DNA of 64,000 bases from Candidatus Latescibacterota bacterium (GTDB lineage: Bacteria; Latescibacterota; UBA2968; GCA-2709665). The position numbers and the translations under genes are program-made. This document shows, in pieces, positions 1 to 9,429 of this stretch (positions are counted from its first letter, which is position 1; the number at the start of each line of letters is the position of its first letter). The notes beneath the pieces were generated by a model, which searched no databases, was not told where the DNA came from, and was given only the letters and a program-made list of their open reading frames with translations. The stretch lies in NCBI GenBank assembly GCA_965222075.1, contig OZ244937.1:2176001-2240000 (forward strand), written 5' to 3'.

Positions 1-1
1 G

Positions 2-301
2 CCGGTAGGCCAGCTCGATGCACCCCTTTGTGTGGTCTACCTGCCGCGCCCGCTCCTCAGCGTCGGGAGAGACGAAATCCTGGTGAATTGAAATCGCATA
101 CAGATCCAGCCCCTGAATCAGCGCCTCCCGCTTCAACCCCATAACATATCCGGCCTCCTCCGAGGCCATCTGCACGTGCAGAATCTCCACCCCGTCCAGC
201 CCCATCCGGCGGGCGTGACGCAGCACCGCCTCAATCGGAACCTTCTCCCCCCGGAAATGCCAGAAAGAGTAGGAAGACACGCCAAGACGCAATTTGAACA
301 T
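2..301 (-). CDS. sugar phosphate isomerase/epimerase (AP-endonuclease-2 TIM barrel), 5' part; runs off the window edge
   Basis: Manual translation from ATG at 301: MFKLRLGVSSYSFWHF...GLDGVEILH...HQDFVSPD...HTKGCIELAYR; open to the window start. Confidence 0.8.
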   Translation of the reverse strand, partial: MFKLRLGVSSYSFWHFRGEKVPIEAVLRHARRMGLDGVEILHVQMASEEAGYVMGLKREALIQGLDLYAISIHQDFVSPDAEERARQVDHTKGCIELAYR

Positions 302-314
302 TCCACACTCCCGG

Positions 315-1664
315 TTAGCGTTCGATCCCGTTCAACCGGCAGACCACATCGAACAGCGCCTGCACGGCGAACCGGACGTTGTCCACAGACACGCGCTCGT
401 CGTGTGCGTGGCACAGGTCGAAAAAATCCATCCCCGGTTCATACCGCATCGGGATAAACCCGTAGACCTGGATATCCAGCCCCGTTAGAAACCGGGCGTC
501 CGTCCCGCCCGTTACCATATAGGGCACCACGGCCCCCTCCGGGTCCAACCGCGCCATCGACGCCTGGACCGCCTCGAATAGCGGCGTCTCGTGCTCGAAT
601 TCCACCCCCGGCGCAAATGCCTTCTCCATCTCGTAATCGATACCCTCGCCCACAATCTCCTGAACCTCCCGCACAAATGCCGCCTCATCCACGCCCGGCA
701 GCGGTCGTCCGCTGAGCATGGCCGTTGCCTCCGACGGAATCACGTTTCGCTTCACCCCCGCCTCCAGCATCGTAGGGGCGCAGGTATTGTGCACCATCGC
801 ATCGAACATCAGCCGGGTCGCCTCATTGACCGGCAGCCGGTTCAAGGCCTCCGTATGTCCCTCCGGATGCAGCACTGCCCGAAGCAGATCCGCCACCTCC
901 GGCCGCTCCTGTGCTGCCGCCGCACCCTCAAAAAAGGCCCGCGCGCTGTCCGGCACCCGGTGGGGCATCTTCTGTTGTCTCAACGTATCCAGGGCCCGGG
1001 CCAAGTGAAAAATCGCATTGTCACCATGCGGCACCGAACTGTGCCCCGGCCGGCCTCGCGCAACCAGATTCATCGGCGCGCTTCCCTTCTCTGCCACCTG
1101 GCAGGTATAGACCGGACGCCCGTCGATCAGCAGGGCAAACCCGCCTCCCTCGTTGATCCCGTACTCCGCATCGAACACCTCCGGATGGTGCTCCACCAGC
1201 CACTGCACCCCGCACACCGCCCCCATCTCCTCGTCCGCCGCCGCCACCAGCACCAGGTCTCTCTTCAACGGAAGTCCCAGCCGCTTGCACAGCAGCAGCA
1301 CCTGCAAGTCCACTGCCGTCGTCAGCTTCGAATCGATCGCCCCTCGCCCCCACACGTGCTCCTGTGCCAACTCTCCTGCAAAGGGTGGATGCGTCCACTT
1401 CTCCGGCTCTGCCGGCACCACATCCAGGTGCGACAGCAGCAGCAGCGGCCGCTCCGACCCGTCACCCTCCAGCCGGACCACCAGATTCCCCCGCTCCGGC
1501 TCCGACGCCAGCGCCCGGGACGCGATCCCCTCCGCCGTCAACGCCTCGGCCACATGCCGGACCAGCGGCAGTTCGTTCCCCGGCGGATTGGTTGTATCGA
1601 ACCGAATCAGCGTCTGAAGCCACGCCACCGCCTCCTGCCCGGCCGCATTCCAATCGATGTTCAT
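315..1664 (-). CDS. M20/M25/M40 family metallopeptidase
   Basis: SHLDVVP, GRGAID, ADEE and HAHDERV motifs; start moved to MNIDWN after a GGAGG RBS. Confidence 0.9.
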   Translation of the reverse strand: MNIDWNAAGQEAVAWLQTLIRFDTTNPPGNELPLVRHVAEALTAEGIASRALASEPERGNLVVRLEGDGSERPLLLLSHLDVVPAEPEKWTHPPFAGELAQEHVWGRGAIDSKLTTAVDLQVLLLCKRLGLPLKRDLVLVAAADEEMGAVCGVQWLVEHHPEVFDAEYGINEGGGFALLIDGRPVYTCQVAEKGSAPMNLVARGRPGHSSVPHGDNAIFHLARALDTLRQQKMPHRVPDSARAFFEGAAAAQERPEVADLLRAVLHPEGHTEALNRLPVNEATRLMFDAMVHNTCAPTMLEAGVKRNVIPSEATAMLSGRPLPGVDEAAFVREVQEIVGEGIDYEMEKAFAPGVEFEHETPLFEAVQASMARLDPEGAVVPYMVTGGTDARFLTGLDIQVYGFIPMRYEPGMDFFDLCHAHDERVSVDNVRFAVQALFDVVCRLNGIER

Positions 1665-1782
1665 ACCTAACCTCCCACCCCCCTTCCCGACGCGAGAAGG
1701 GGGAAGCAAGCAGAATCGACCCGCTCAACCGGGTCGCCGGCCCCGCTTCGTGTCCTTCGGGCGGGGTTTCGCATCTCAGACC

Positions 1783-1811
1783 AATATCAACGGTCCGTCC
1801 TCCCCTGTCAA
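1783..1811 (-). promoter_or_regulatory. sigma70-like promoter for the M20 peptidase operon
   Basis: TTGACA-17 bp-GATATT on the minus strand. Confidence 0.45.
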
Positions 1812-1936
1812 GTCAAAATCACCCCACCGGTGAAAAAGTGCTTGACCTTAGAGCGGATGAAACCCCATGATAGGGACGGGCAGGACGGGCAGGACGGGCA
1901 TCAGCTTCTTACCGGAACAGACAGAGAAAAGCCAAA

Positions 1937-2719
1937 ATGAGAATCGACGTCCACATGCACGTGGCCGGAAACCTGGCCTCGGTCGGCTGGCGCGGCAGAT
2001 TTGAGGACGACCGGATCGTCATCGAAGCCGCGGACAGGCTGGAAATCGACCAGCTCTGCTGCTCTATCCCCATCCAGGGGGGCATCCACGCCACGCCTGA
2101 ACAGATCCGGGAGGTCAACAACAGCGTTCTCTACGCCATGGGGCGGTTTCCGGACCGCATCCTGGGCTACGCCTACCTCGACCCCGGCCACCAGAGAGAG
2201 GCCCTGGCCGAAATGGACCGGTGCATCCTGAAACACGGCATGATCGGCATCAAGCTTTACAACCAGTACAAATGCTGGGACCCGGTCGTCCTGCCCATCG
2301 TTGAACGGACCGTCGAACTCGGCGTCCCCATCCTCCACCACGGCGGGTACATCCCTCCCGAATATACCCGTCTGCCCCAGCCCAACCGGTCCCACGCCGG
2401 GGACTTTGCGCGCCTGGCCAACATCTTCCCCGAAGCGGTCATCATCGACGGCCACCCCATCTGCGGGGACTGGGCCTGGTCGCTCAAAACCCTGCGGGAC
2501 TCGCCAAATGTCTACATCGACACAAGCGGCTCCTTAAACGACGACGGCATGGTCGAAATGGCCGTTCGGGAGATCGGGGTAGACCGCATCCTCTTTGCCA
2601 CCGACCTCTCCATGGAGGCGGGGGTCGGCAGGGTGCTGGGGGCCGACCTCACCGACCAACAGCGCGAAAAGATCTTCTGGAAAAACATGGCAGGCATCTT
2701 AAAGCGGCGGAAGGCGTAG
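1937..2719 (+). CDS. amidohydrolase family protein (Amidohydro_2)
   Basis: IDVHMH, GIKL, ILHH, YIDTSGS and ILFATD motifs. Confidence 0.9.
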   Translation: MRIDVHMHVAGNLASVGWRGRFEDDRIVIEAADRLEIDQLCCSIPIQGGIHATPEQIREVNNSVLYAMGRFPDRILGYAYLDPGHQREALAEMDRCILKHGMIGIKLYNQYKCWDPVVLPIVERTVELGVPILHHGGYIPPEYTRLPQPNRSHAGDFARLANIFPEAVIIDGHPICGDWAWSLKTLRDSPNVYIDTSGSLNDDGMVEMAVREIGVDRILFATDLSMEAGVGRVLGADLTDQQREKIFWKNMAGILKRRKA

Positions 2720-2775
2720 CAAGGGGCAAAGTTGAGATCGTACTTCCTTTCACCTTCCACCTTCAAGGAGGTTCG

Positions 2776-3540
2776 ATGAAGGTCTTAGCATATACCACCA
2801 ACCCCTTCGGCGGGGTGCTTTCTACGCCTGATGGACTCCCGGAAGACCCGCAGGTGTTTCAGCAACAGCTCAATTACTCTGTAAAAACCTGGAAAACCGA
2901 AGGATTTCAGGTGGGATGGGTGGAAATCCCCATCGCCAGGTCGCAGTTAATCCCCATCGCCGTGGACGCGGGATTTGCCTTCCACCACAGCGGTAGGGAC
3001 TACCTGATGCTCACCCTCCGCCTGGTGGAAGGCGCCTTTATTCCTCCCTTTGCCACACATTACATCGGCGCCGGAGGCGCGGTGATAAACGATCGGAACG
3101 AACTCCTGGTCGTCTGTGAAAAACACCGGCGCTCCAAAACCCCCTACTACAAACTCCCGGGAGGGGCCCTGCGGCCGGGGGAGCACCTGGAAGACTGTAT
3201 CGTTCGGGAAATCCTGGAAGAAACAGGCGTCCGGACGCGTTTCGACGCCCTGGTCTGTTTCCGCCACTGGCACGGGTACCGGTATGACAAATCCGACATC
3301 TACTTTGTCTGTCGCCTGACCCCCTTGAGCCACGAACTCACCGTGCAGGAGGAGGAAATCGAGGAATGCCACTGGATGCCCGTACAGGACTACATGGATT
3401 CCGAATACGTCAGCATCTTTAACAAACAGATCGTGGAGGCCGCGCTGAACAGCGCCGGTGTGTCGCCCACCTTTATCGAAGGATATTCCGATCCTGAAAA
3501 ACACGAAATCTTCATGCCCCGTGACATAGATCACAAATAA
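2776..3540 (+). CDS. NUDIX hydrolase (NUDT6/AtNUDT-like with N-terminal pre-Nudix domain)
   Basis: Nudix box PGG...GE.....REILEETG; GFAFHH and ATHYIGAGG; AAGGAGG RBS. Confidence 0.9.
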   Translation: MKVLAYTTNPFGGVLSTPDGLPEDPQVFQQQLNYSVKTWKTEGFQVGWVEIPIARSQLIPIAVDAGFAFHHSGRDYLMLTLRLVEGAFIPPFATHYIGAGGAVINDRNELLVVCEKHRRSKTPYYKLPGGALRPGEHLEDCIVREILEETGVRTRFDALVCFRHWHGYRYDKSDIYFVCRLTPLSHELTVQEEEIEECHWMPVQDYMDSEYVSIFNKQIVEAALNSAGVSPTFIEGYSDPEKHEIFMPRDIDHK

Positions 3541-3588
3541 AGGCCCAATGCAGAGCATCGCCTTTCCACCTGCAAAGAGGTTCGACCC

Positions 3589-5628
3589 ATGGACATCCCG
3601 GATCATCTCTTCTACCCCACGGTCCTGGCCCGAAAAACCGACGACGACCCCGTCGTTCGCTCCCTCAACAGCTGCCTTCGCAACATTTGCGAGGGATACC
3701 TCACACCCGGGCATCAGGCCTACATCGACTACAACGAGCGGCAGGCCGACTGGTGGACACTCAGGCAGGGCGGCAGGCGTCTTTCCCTTGCCATCGAACA
3801 CCTCGCCGTTGGGGGTATTCTCTTAGACGACCGCTACACCAAAGCGGCCATCGACATCTTCGGGACCGTCGTCGAGTACCGCATCGTCGAAAACACCGGC
3901 GGCACCAACTACGGTCGCCCCTACCGCACCTGGCGGGACAACCCCTTAGACGCCGGCGTCAGTTCGGGCGGGCTTGCGCTTGGCCTCGACCTCCTCCGTC
4001 CGGTCCTCTCAGCAGAGGAGGTCTTGCAGTTCGGGACCTACCTCCTCCCCTTCGTCGACTATCTCCTCAACGATCCTCCCGACCCGGAAGGGAAGCAGCC
4101 CGAAAACAACATGGCCTGCATCGGGATGTACGGCCTGGGGCTCCTGTCCCTCGTCCTTCGATCCGCCGACATCCTGGATGAAGATCGGTATGCCCGGGCG
4201 CTGGACCTGGCCAGGTGGCGGGCGCTGCTCTTCCTGGAAAAGGGACACGATGGGGATGGCGCGTTTTACGAAGGCCCCGCCTACGGCAGCGCCACCCTCC
4301 ACTTTCTGGGTCCCCTGGCCTATGCGCTTGCCCGGTGTGGAGATCGAGACGTGGTGGAACACCCGGGCTGGGTACGCATTGTCGAGGGCCTCGCATACGA
4401 GATGATCCCCGCCACCGGCAGGCTCAACACATTGAATGACTGCAACGACCAGATCAACGTCTCCTGGGCCACCCTTGTTGCCTCCGAACAGCAGAACGGC
4501 CTGGCCCAGTGGGTCTGGCGACAGGTCGACAGCCCCCCCGATGACGGATCCGCCTGGGAGCCGTCCGACTATGCCTGGAGCGACACCGTCACCCGCTACC
4601 TCCTCTACTACGACGCCTCGGTCGTGCCCTTCTCGCCCAACCGGGCTGGCCTCCCCCCCGCCAGACACTTTCCCAACCGGGGCCTGGTGGACATCCGCTC
4701 CGGCTGGGACCGGAACGATTTTTTCCTCTCCTTCATCTGTGACGTCTCCCCTGCCGGCGGACATCGGCAGGCTGACCGCAACCACTTCTCCCTCCACACC
4801 CTCGGAGAATCGTTCGCCATCGATTCCGGCTACGCCCTGGACCGCCTGCCCGACACCACCGAAGTCCTCCGCCTGGGCGCTCTGGGTGAAGCCCACAACC
4901 TCCCCCTCATTCACGGTGAAATGCAGCGCCGTGGGCCGGTCTCGACCGACGGCATCCGTCGCGTCGCGCTCGACGCCCCCATCCCCTGCATCCAATCCGA
5001 AGCCGGCGAGAGCCACCGCTCGGCCGAGCGCTTCACCCGGCGCCTCGCCTGTCTCCCCTCGCCCGACGGGACGCCGTCCGCCCTGATCGTGGCTGACTAT
5101 CTCACCTTCGAGCCGATCCAGCGCCCCATGCTCTCCTGGCTCTTCCACACCCATGCGGACAACCAGATCGAACTCGGGCGGGACCGGTTCACCCTCACCG
5201 GCGGCCGGAAAGGCAACCGCTGCGACGTCCAGATCGTCACTCCCTGGCCTGGACGCTGGAGGAAAGAGACTTTTTTCGACCACCCCCGCCTCCGCTACGA
5301 CTGGTTTTACAACCCCTTCCTCTGTCTCGTCGTCCTGGCCCCCTACGACAGGGATGCAGCTCCCCCGGAAATCTCGACCGGAGGCACAGCAGATGGATGC
5401 GGCCTCTCCATCCGCATCGGCGACTGCCTCTACACGGCCTTAAGCGCGGCCCCGGAATGCACCCTTGTGTTCAACGGCATCGAAACCGACGCCGAATTTG
5501 CCCTCGTCTGCACGCGTGGAGACAAAATCGACACCTATCTCCTCACCGCCGGCACGCGGCTCTCGGCACAGGACCGGTCCCTCGTCGCGCAGTCCGCTCC
5601 GGTCGACTTCACAACCGACAGAAGCTGA
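3589..5628 (+). CDS. heparinase II/III-like polysaccharide lyase
   Basis: NNM, DGAFYEGPAY, RSGW, GHRQADRNHF, IDSG and AHN motifs. Confidence 0.75.
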   Translation: MDIPDHLFYPTVLARKTDDDPVVRSLNSCLRNICEGYLTPGHQAYIDYNERQADWWTLRQGGRRLSLAIEHLAVGGILLDDRYTKAAIDIFGTVVEYRIVENTGGTNYGRPYRTWRDNPLDAGVSSGGLALGLDLLRPVLSAEEVLQFGTYLLPFVDYLLNDPPDPEGKQPENNMACIGMYGLGLLSLVLRSADILDEDRYARALDLARWRALLFLEKGHDGDGAFYEGPAYGSATLHFLGPLAYALARCGDRDVVEHPGWVRIVEGLAYEMIPATGRLNTLNDCNDQINVSWATLVASEQQNGLAQWVWRQVDSPPDDGSAWEPSDYAWSDTVTRYLLYYDASVVPFSPNRAGLPPARHFPNRGLVDIRSGWDRNDFFLSFICDVSPAGGHRQADRNHFSLHTLGESFAIDSGYALDRLPDTTEVLRLGALGEAHNLPLIHGEMQRRGPVSTDGIRRVALDAPIPCIQSEAGESHRSAERFTRRLACLPSPDGTPSALIVADYLTFEPIQRPMLSWLFHTHADNQIELGRDRFTLTGGRKGNRCDVQIVTPWPGRWRKETFFDHPRLRYDWFYNPFLCLVVLAPYDRDAAPPEISTGGTADGCGLSIRIGDCLYTALSAAPECTLVFNGIETDAEFALVCTRGDKIDTYLLTAGTRLSAQDRSLVAQSAPVDFTTDRS

Positions 5629-5645
5629 AAATCCGAGGTAAAGCC

Positions 5646-6326
5646 ATGAAACCATACCCACGCTGCCACCGCATCACAGGCGCCCTTTCCGCCCTTGTCA
5701 TCACCACCTTTTTGGGACTGGGGTTCGCGCAGACGTCTGCTTCTCAGGAAACGAAAAACCCCCTGAAGAACTATCCGAAGATACCCATAAAAGAGGGAGA
5801 CCGCTGTTTCGTCTGCAACACACCGCTCACTGAGAGCGGTGTGGCCTTTCTCTATCGCGGACGGCGCGTAGCAGTGGGGACTTTCCATGTACGAACATTT
5901 TTCAACAACCCGCTGAAATACTTTTCCAGACTCCAGCCGAGGGGCGCCCTGTTTCAGGAAGATATCGTCCCCCAATCGCCGCTCAAGCCCGGCTGGCTGG
6001 TCTTCGGGATCTGGATCACCCTGGGGCTGGTTGCAGCCGCCTTCTGCACGCATACAGCGCTCCGGAAGGGACGCTCCCCGGCAGCCTGGTTTTTTATTGG
6101 ACTGGCAACCAATCTGATCGGTGTCCTGGTTGCGCTCAGGCAATCCCCGCTGGCGCGGGTAGACCTGCCCCCGAACCTGGCCAAAATTCCCACAACGGTC
6201 TCACCGATGTCCTGCCCCGACTGTGGTGCGGGAAACCACCCGTCTGCCTGGAAGTGTTCGGGATGCGGCGCTCGGCTGCAGCCCACAATGGAGTCTGAGG
6301 TACAACGTACGGAACGCTCCTCCTAA
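5646..6326 (+). CDS. membrane protein with periplasmic CxxC domain and C-terminal zinc ribbon
   Basis: GAGG RBS then MKPYPR; signal-like segment, CFVC, two TM helices, CPDC...CSGC. Confidence 0.7.
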   Translation: MKPYPRCHRITGALSALVITTFLGLGFAQTSASQETKNPLKNYPKIPIKEGDRCFVCNTPLTESGVAFLYRGRRVAVGTFHVRTFFNNPLKYFSRLQPRGALFQEDIVPQSPLKPGWLVFGIWITLGLVAAAFCTHTALRKGRSPAAWFFIGLATNLIGVLVALRQSPLARVDLPPNLAKIPTTVSPMSCPDCGAGNHPSAWKCSGCGARLQPTMESEVQRTERSS

Positions 6327-6348
6327 ACTGTGAAAAGAGAACCTGAAA

Positions 6349-8631
6349 ATGTTAAAAAAAATCCAGACATGGTCAGAAGAAAACCTGTTCGCCGCGGCCA
6401 ACGGCCCGTCCCGCCGGCCGCAGGTGTCGGCGAACTTGGAAAGCAACATCTCCGGTCTCTTCATTGTGGGCGACCTGGCCGGCGCGCCGGTCATCAAGCT
6501 GGCGATGGAACAGGGCCATAACGTTATCGAACACATCGCATCCCTGCCTCGTCTCTCCGGGGCCGACGACGGTGTCCTCGATGTCATTGTGGTCGGCGCG
6601 GGCGCAGCGGGCCTGAACGCCGCCCTGGCCGCGGTGGACAAAGGCCTCTCCTGCATGGTACTCGAAAAGGAAAAAATCGCCAATACCATCGAGAATTTCC
6701 CCGAAGGCAAATGGGTCTACGCCGAACCGGACAGTGTGCCTCCCAAAGGCAAACTCTGGCTGGACGGCGCCAGAAAAGAGGACCTGATCGGAAGGTGGCG
6801 CCAGATCGTTGAGGAAAATGGCCTCGATGTACGCACAGAGCAACCTCTAACCCGGGTTACCAAAGAACACAACCTGTTCAAACTGACCACACCCGGAGGC
6901 AGCTACCGCTGCTGCCGGATCGTGCTCGCTACCGGGCAGCGGGGCAACCCCCGCAAGCTCAATGTACCCGGCGAAGACCAGGAACACGTCTACCACCGCC
7001 TCTACAGCCCCCGGGAATACCACGACGAAGAGATCCTGGTCGTGGGCGGGGGCAACAGCGCCGTGGAGGCCGCCCTGACGCTCAGCGAGCAGAACCGGGT
7101 GACGATTTCCTACCGGCGTGGGGAATTCTCAAGGCTTTTCAAAGACAACAGCCGTGCGCTCGACGCAGCGATTGCCGGGGGCAAAATCCGCCTGCTCCTC
7201 AACTCCAACATCACGCATTTTGATGAACGGTCGGCAGCCCTCACCGTCGACAGGGGAGGCCGTGAGGAAGCGTTGAACATCCCTGTCCATCACGCGTTTG
7301 TCCTCATCGGGTCGGAGATCCCGGTCGAATTTCTCAAGTCCCTCGGCATCAAACTGGAAAACGAATGGGAAGGATCGCTGCTGCGCAGCGCGGCCCTCGG
7401 TCTGGCTGCCCTGGTCGGCCTCTGGTTCGCCGGTGGAGACACGGGCCTCGTCTCCCACTCCAGCCTGTCCACATCTGCCTGGGCCGGCGCATGCCTGGCG
7501 CTGGCTTGTGTCGCTGCGCTTATTCTCTACGGGCGCTCCGGAGATCGGTGGGCCTGGTTGGGCCTTTCCTTCCTGATCTGGTATACGATATACGGCGCCA
7601 AGGTGGGCAAAGGAGAAGAGTTCTGGCCCTTCAAAAACTGGGGCTACGCCGCCCTCTCCTTTTTTGACCGCCCCTGGAGCTTCTGGTACACCGTGATGTA
7701 CACCGGCCTGATGACCGTCTTCGGCATCCAGGCCCTGAAGCGGTGGGGCCTGGACCGGAAGGACCGGTTCCAGGTCTGGCGCTTCGTCAGCCTGCTCGGC
7801 TTTCAGTGGGTCTTCTTTTTCGTGATTCCGGAATTCCTCTTTCAGTGGGCGATAAAATACCAGTGGCTCGCCGACCTCTCCAAAGATCCCGTTTTCGCCG
7901 AACAGACCTGGCGCAGCTACGGCATCGTCTACGCCTGGCCCCTCTTCTTCTACACTTTCTTCTACAACCCCCACCACATCTGGGTCGTCTGGGGCGTGCT
8001 GCTCACCTTCGTCGTCATCCCTATCTTCGTCCTCTTCAACGGCAAACGCTACTGCTCCTGGATCTGCGGCTGCGGTGGGCTTGCCGAGACCTTCGGCGAC
8101 CGGTGGCGACACCTCGCGCCCAAAGGCAAGACTGCGATCAAATGGGAAAAAATGAACCTGGTCGTTCTCGTCCTGGCAACAGCCGTTACCGCCCTGATGC
8201 TGGTTAAAGATACCTGGGGCCTATTCAGAGAGGAGGCCGACCTGTCCATCGGCCTCTACCGCCTTTCCGTGGATGTCTGGCTCATCGGCATCCTGCCCGT
8301 AACCCTCTACCCCTTCCTGGGTGGGAAGATCTGGTGCCGCTACTGGTGCCCCCTGGCCAAGCTGATGGACCTGATGTCCCGGCTCTACATCAAGCTGAAC
8401 ATCAGCCGCTACCACATTGCGTCCAACGACAAATGCATCGCCTGCAACGAGTGCTCGCGCAACTGCTTGGTCGGCATCGACGTCATGTCCTTTGCCATGA
8501 AACAGGAAACGCTGGACAACGGCAACAGCTCGTGCATCGGATGCGGCATCTGCGTCACCGTCTGCCCGATGGATGTCCTCTCCTTCACCCCCAGGCCGCA
8601 GCAGCAACTGATTCCCATAGAACCCGCATAA
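6349..8631 (+). CDS. FAD/NAD(P)-binding oxidoreductase (TrxR/YpdA-like) fused to a membrane polyferredoxin (NapH/CcoG-like) with 2x[4Fe-4S]
   Basis: VVGAGAAG, VVGGGNSA, LATG; TM region; RYCSWICGCG, WCRYWCPL, CIACNECSRNC, CIGCGICVTVCP. Confidence 0.85.
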   Translation: MLKKIQTWSEENLFAAANGPSRRPQVSANLESNISGLFIVGDLAGAPVIKLAMEQGHNVIEHIASLPRLSGADDGVLDVIVVGAGAAGLNAALAAVDKGLSCMVLEKEKIANTIENFPEGKWVYAEPDSVPPKGKLWLDGARKEDLIGRWRQIVEENGLDVRTEQPLTRVTKEHNLFKLTTPGGSYRCCRIVLATGQRGNPRKLNVPGEDQEHVYHRLYSPREYHDEEILVVGGGNSAVEAALTLSEQNRVTISYRRGEFSRLFKDNSRALDAAIAGGKIRLLLNSNITHFDERSAALTVDRGGREEALNIPVHHAFVLIGSEIPVEFLKSLGIKLENEWEGSLLRSAALGLAALVGLWFAGGDTGLVSHSSLSTSAWAGACLALACVAALILYGRSGDRWAWLGLSFLIWYTIYGAKVGKGEEFWPFKNWGYAALSFFDRPWSFWYTVMYTGLMTVFGIQALKRWGLDRKDRFQVWRFVSLLGFQWVFFFVIPEFLFQWAIKYQWLADLSKDPVFAEQTWRSYGIVYAWPLFFYTFFYNPHHIWVVWGVLLTFVVIPIFVLFNGKRYCSWICGCGGLAETFGDRWRHLAPKGKTAIKWEKMNLVVLVLATAVTALMLVKDTWGLFREEADLSIGLYRLSVDVWLIGILPVTLYPFLGGKIWCRYWCPLAKLMDLMSRLYIKLNISRYHIASNDKCIACNECSRNCLVGIDVMSFAMKQETLDNGNSSCIGCGICVTVCPMDVLSFTPRPQQQLIPIEPA

Positions 8632-8652
8632 CGAACGAAAGGAGTTGCTACC

Positions 8653-9387
8653 ATGAGCACGCAAGGCCTTTCCCAATCCGACCTCGACCTCCTCCGCAAA
8701 TACGACACCCCCACCATCTGCAACGTCATCGAAGTCTTCAACGTCCGCCCCCGCAACACCGGCTACATGGACAGCCGCATCAAAGCCTGCTTCCCCGAAA
8801 TGCCGCCCATGGTCGGCTATGCATCCACCGCCACCTACCGGTCGGACGCCCCGCCCCGCGAAGGCGATGTTTACTCCAGCATCGACAACCAGGTCGCCGC
8901 CTTCGCTGAAATCCCGGGCCCACCCGTTGTCGTCTTCCAGGACCTGGACGACCCGTCCGTCGCGGCCACCTTCGGCGAAGTCATGTGCACCACCTACAAA
9001 ACCTTTGGCGCGGCCGGTCTGATCACCAGCGGCACCGCACGCGACCTGGACCAGGTCCGGGAAATCGGCTTCCCCGCCTTCAGCAACGGCGCCATCTGCG
9101 CCCACGCCTACTGCCACACCCTCTCGGTCCACGTCCCCGTCCGCGTCGGCGGCCTCACCGTCCACCCCGGCGACCTGCTCCACGGCGACTGCAACGGCGT
9201 CACAACCATCCCCACCCACATCGCCGGGGCCGTCGCCGGGGCCTGCGCGGACTACGTCACCGCCGAAGAGATCGTACTCGACTACCTCAAGAGCGGCGCC
9301 GTCACCCCCGAAGGCCTGGTCCAGGCCCGCGCCGAATGCAGCCGCATGATCGAGGCCCTCACCGAACGGGTTGCCAAAAGAATGTAG
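8653..9387 (+). CDS. RraA-like / HMG aldolase family protein
   Basis: DTPTICN, VGYA, FGEVM, RDLD and PGDLLHGD motifs. Confidence 0.85.
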   Translation: MSTQGLSQSDLDLLRKYDTPTICNVIEVFNVRPRNTGYMDSRIKACFPEMPPMVGYASTATYRSDAPPREGDVYSSIDNQVAAFAEIPGPPVVVFQDLDDPSVAATFGEVMCTTYKTFGAAGLITSGTARDLDQVREIGFPAFSNGAICAHAYCHTLSVHVPVRVGGLTVHPGDLLHGDCNGVTTIPTHIAGAVAGACADYVTAEEIVLDYLKSGAVTPEGLVQARAECSRMIEALTERVAKRM

Positions 9388-9429
9388 GGGCGAGGTGATC
9401 TCCCCCCTGCATTTTCGCCGGAGCCTGCC

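Noticed and set aside
591-1670. Long antisense or alternate-frame ORFs (also 4009..5283, 8221..9783, 10189..11511, 43398..45008, 48977..50455 and others)
   Set aside because: Shadows of well-supported genes in GC-rich DNA; no family motifs
1873-1899. GGACGGGCA x3 and other short tandem 7-9-mers (45023, 46080, 59104, 60390)
   Set aside because: Only two or three units with no spacers; generic intergenic repeats, not CRISPR
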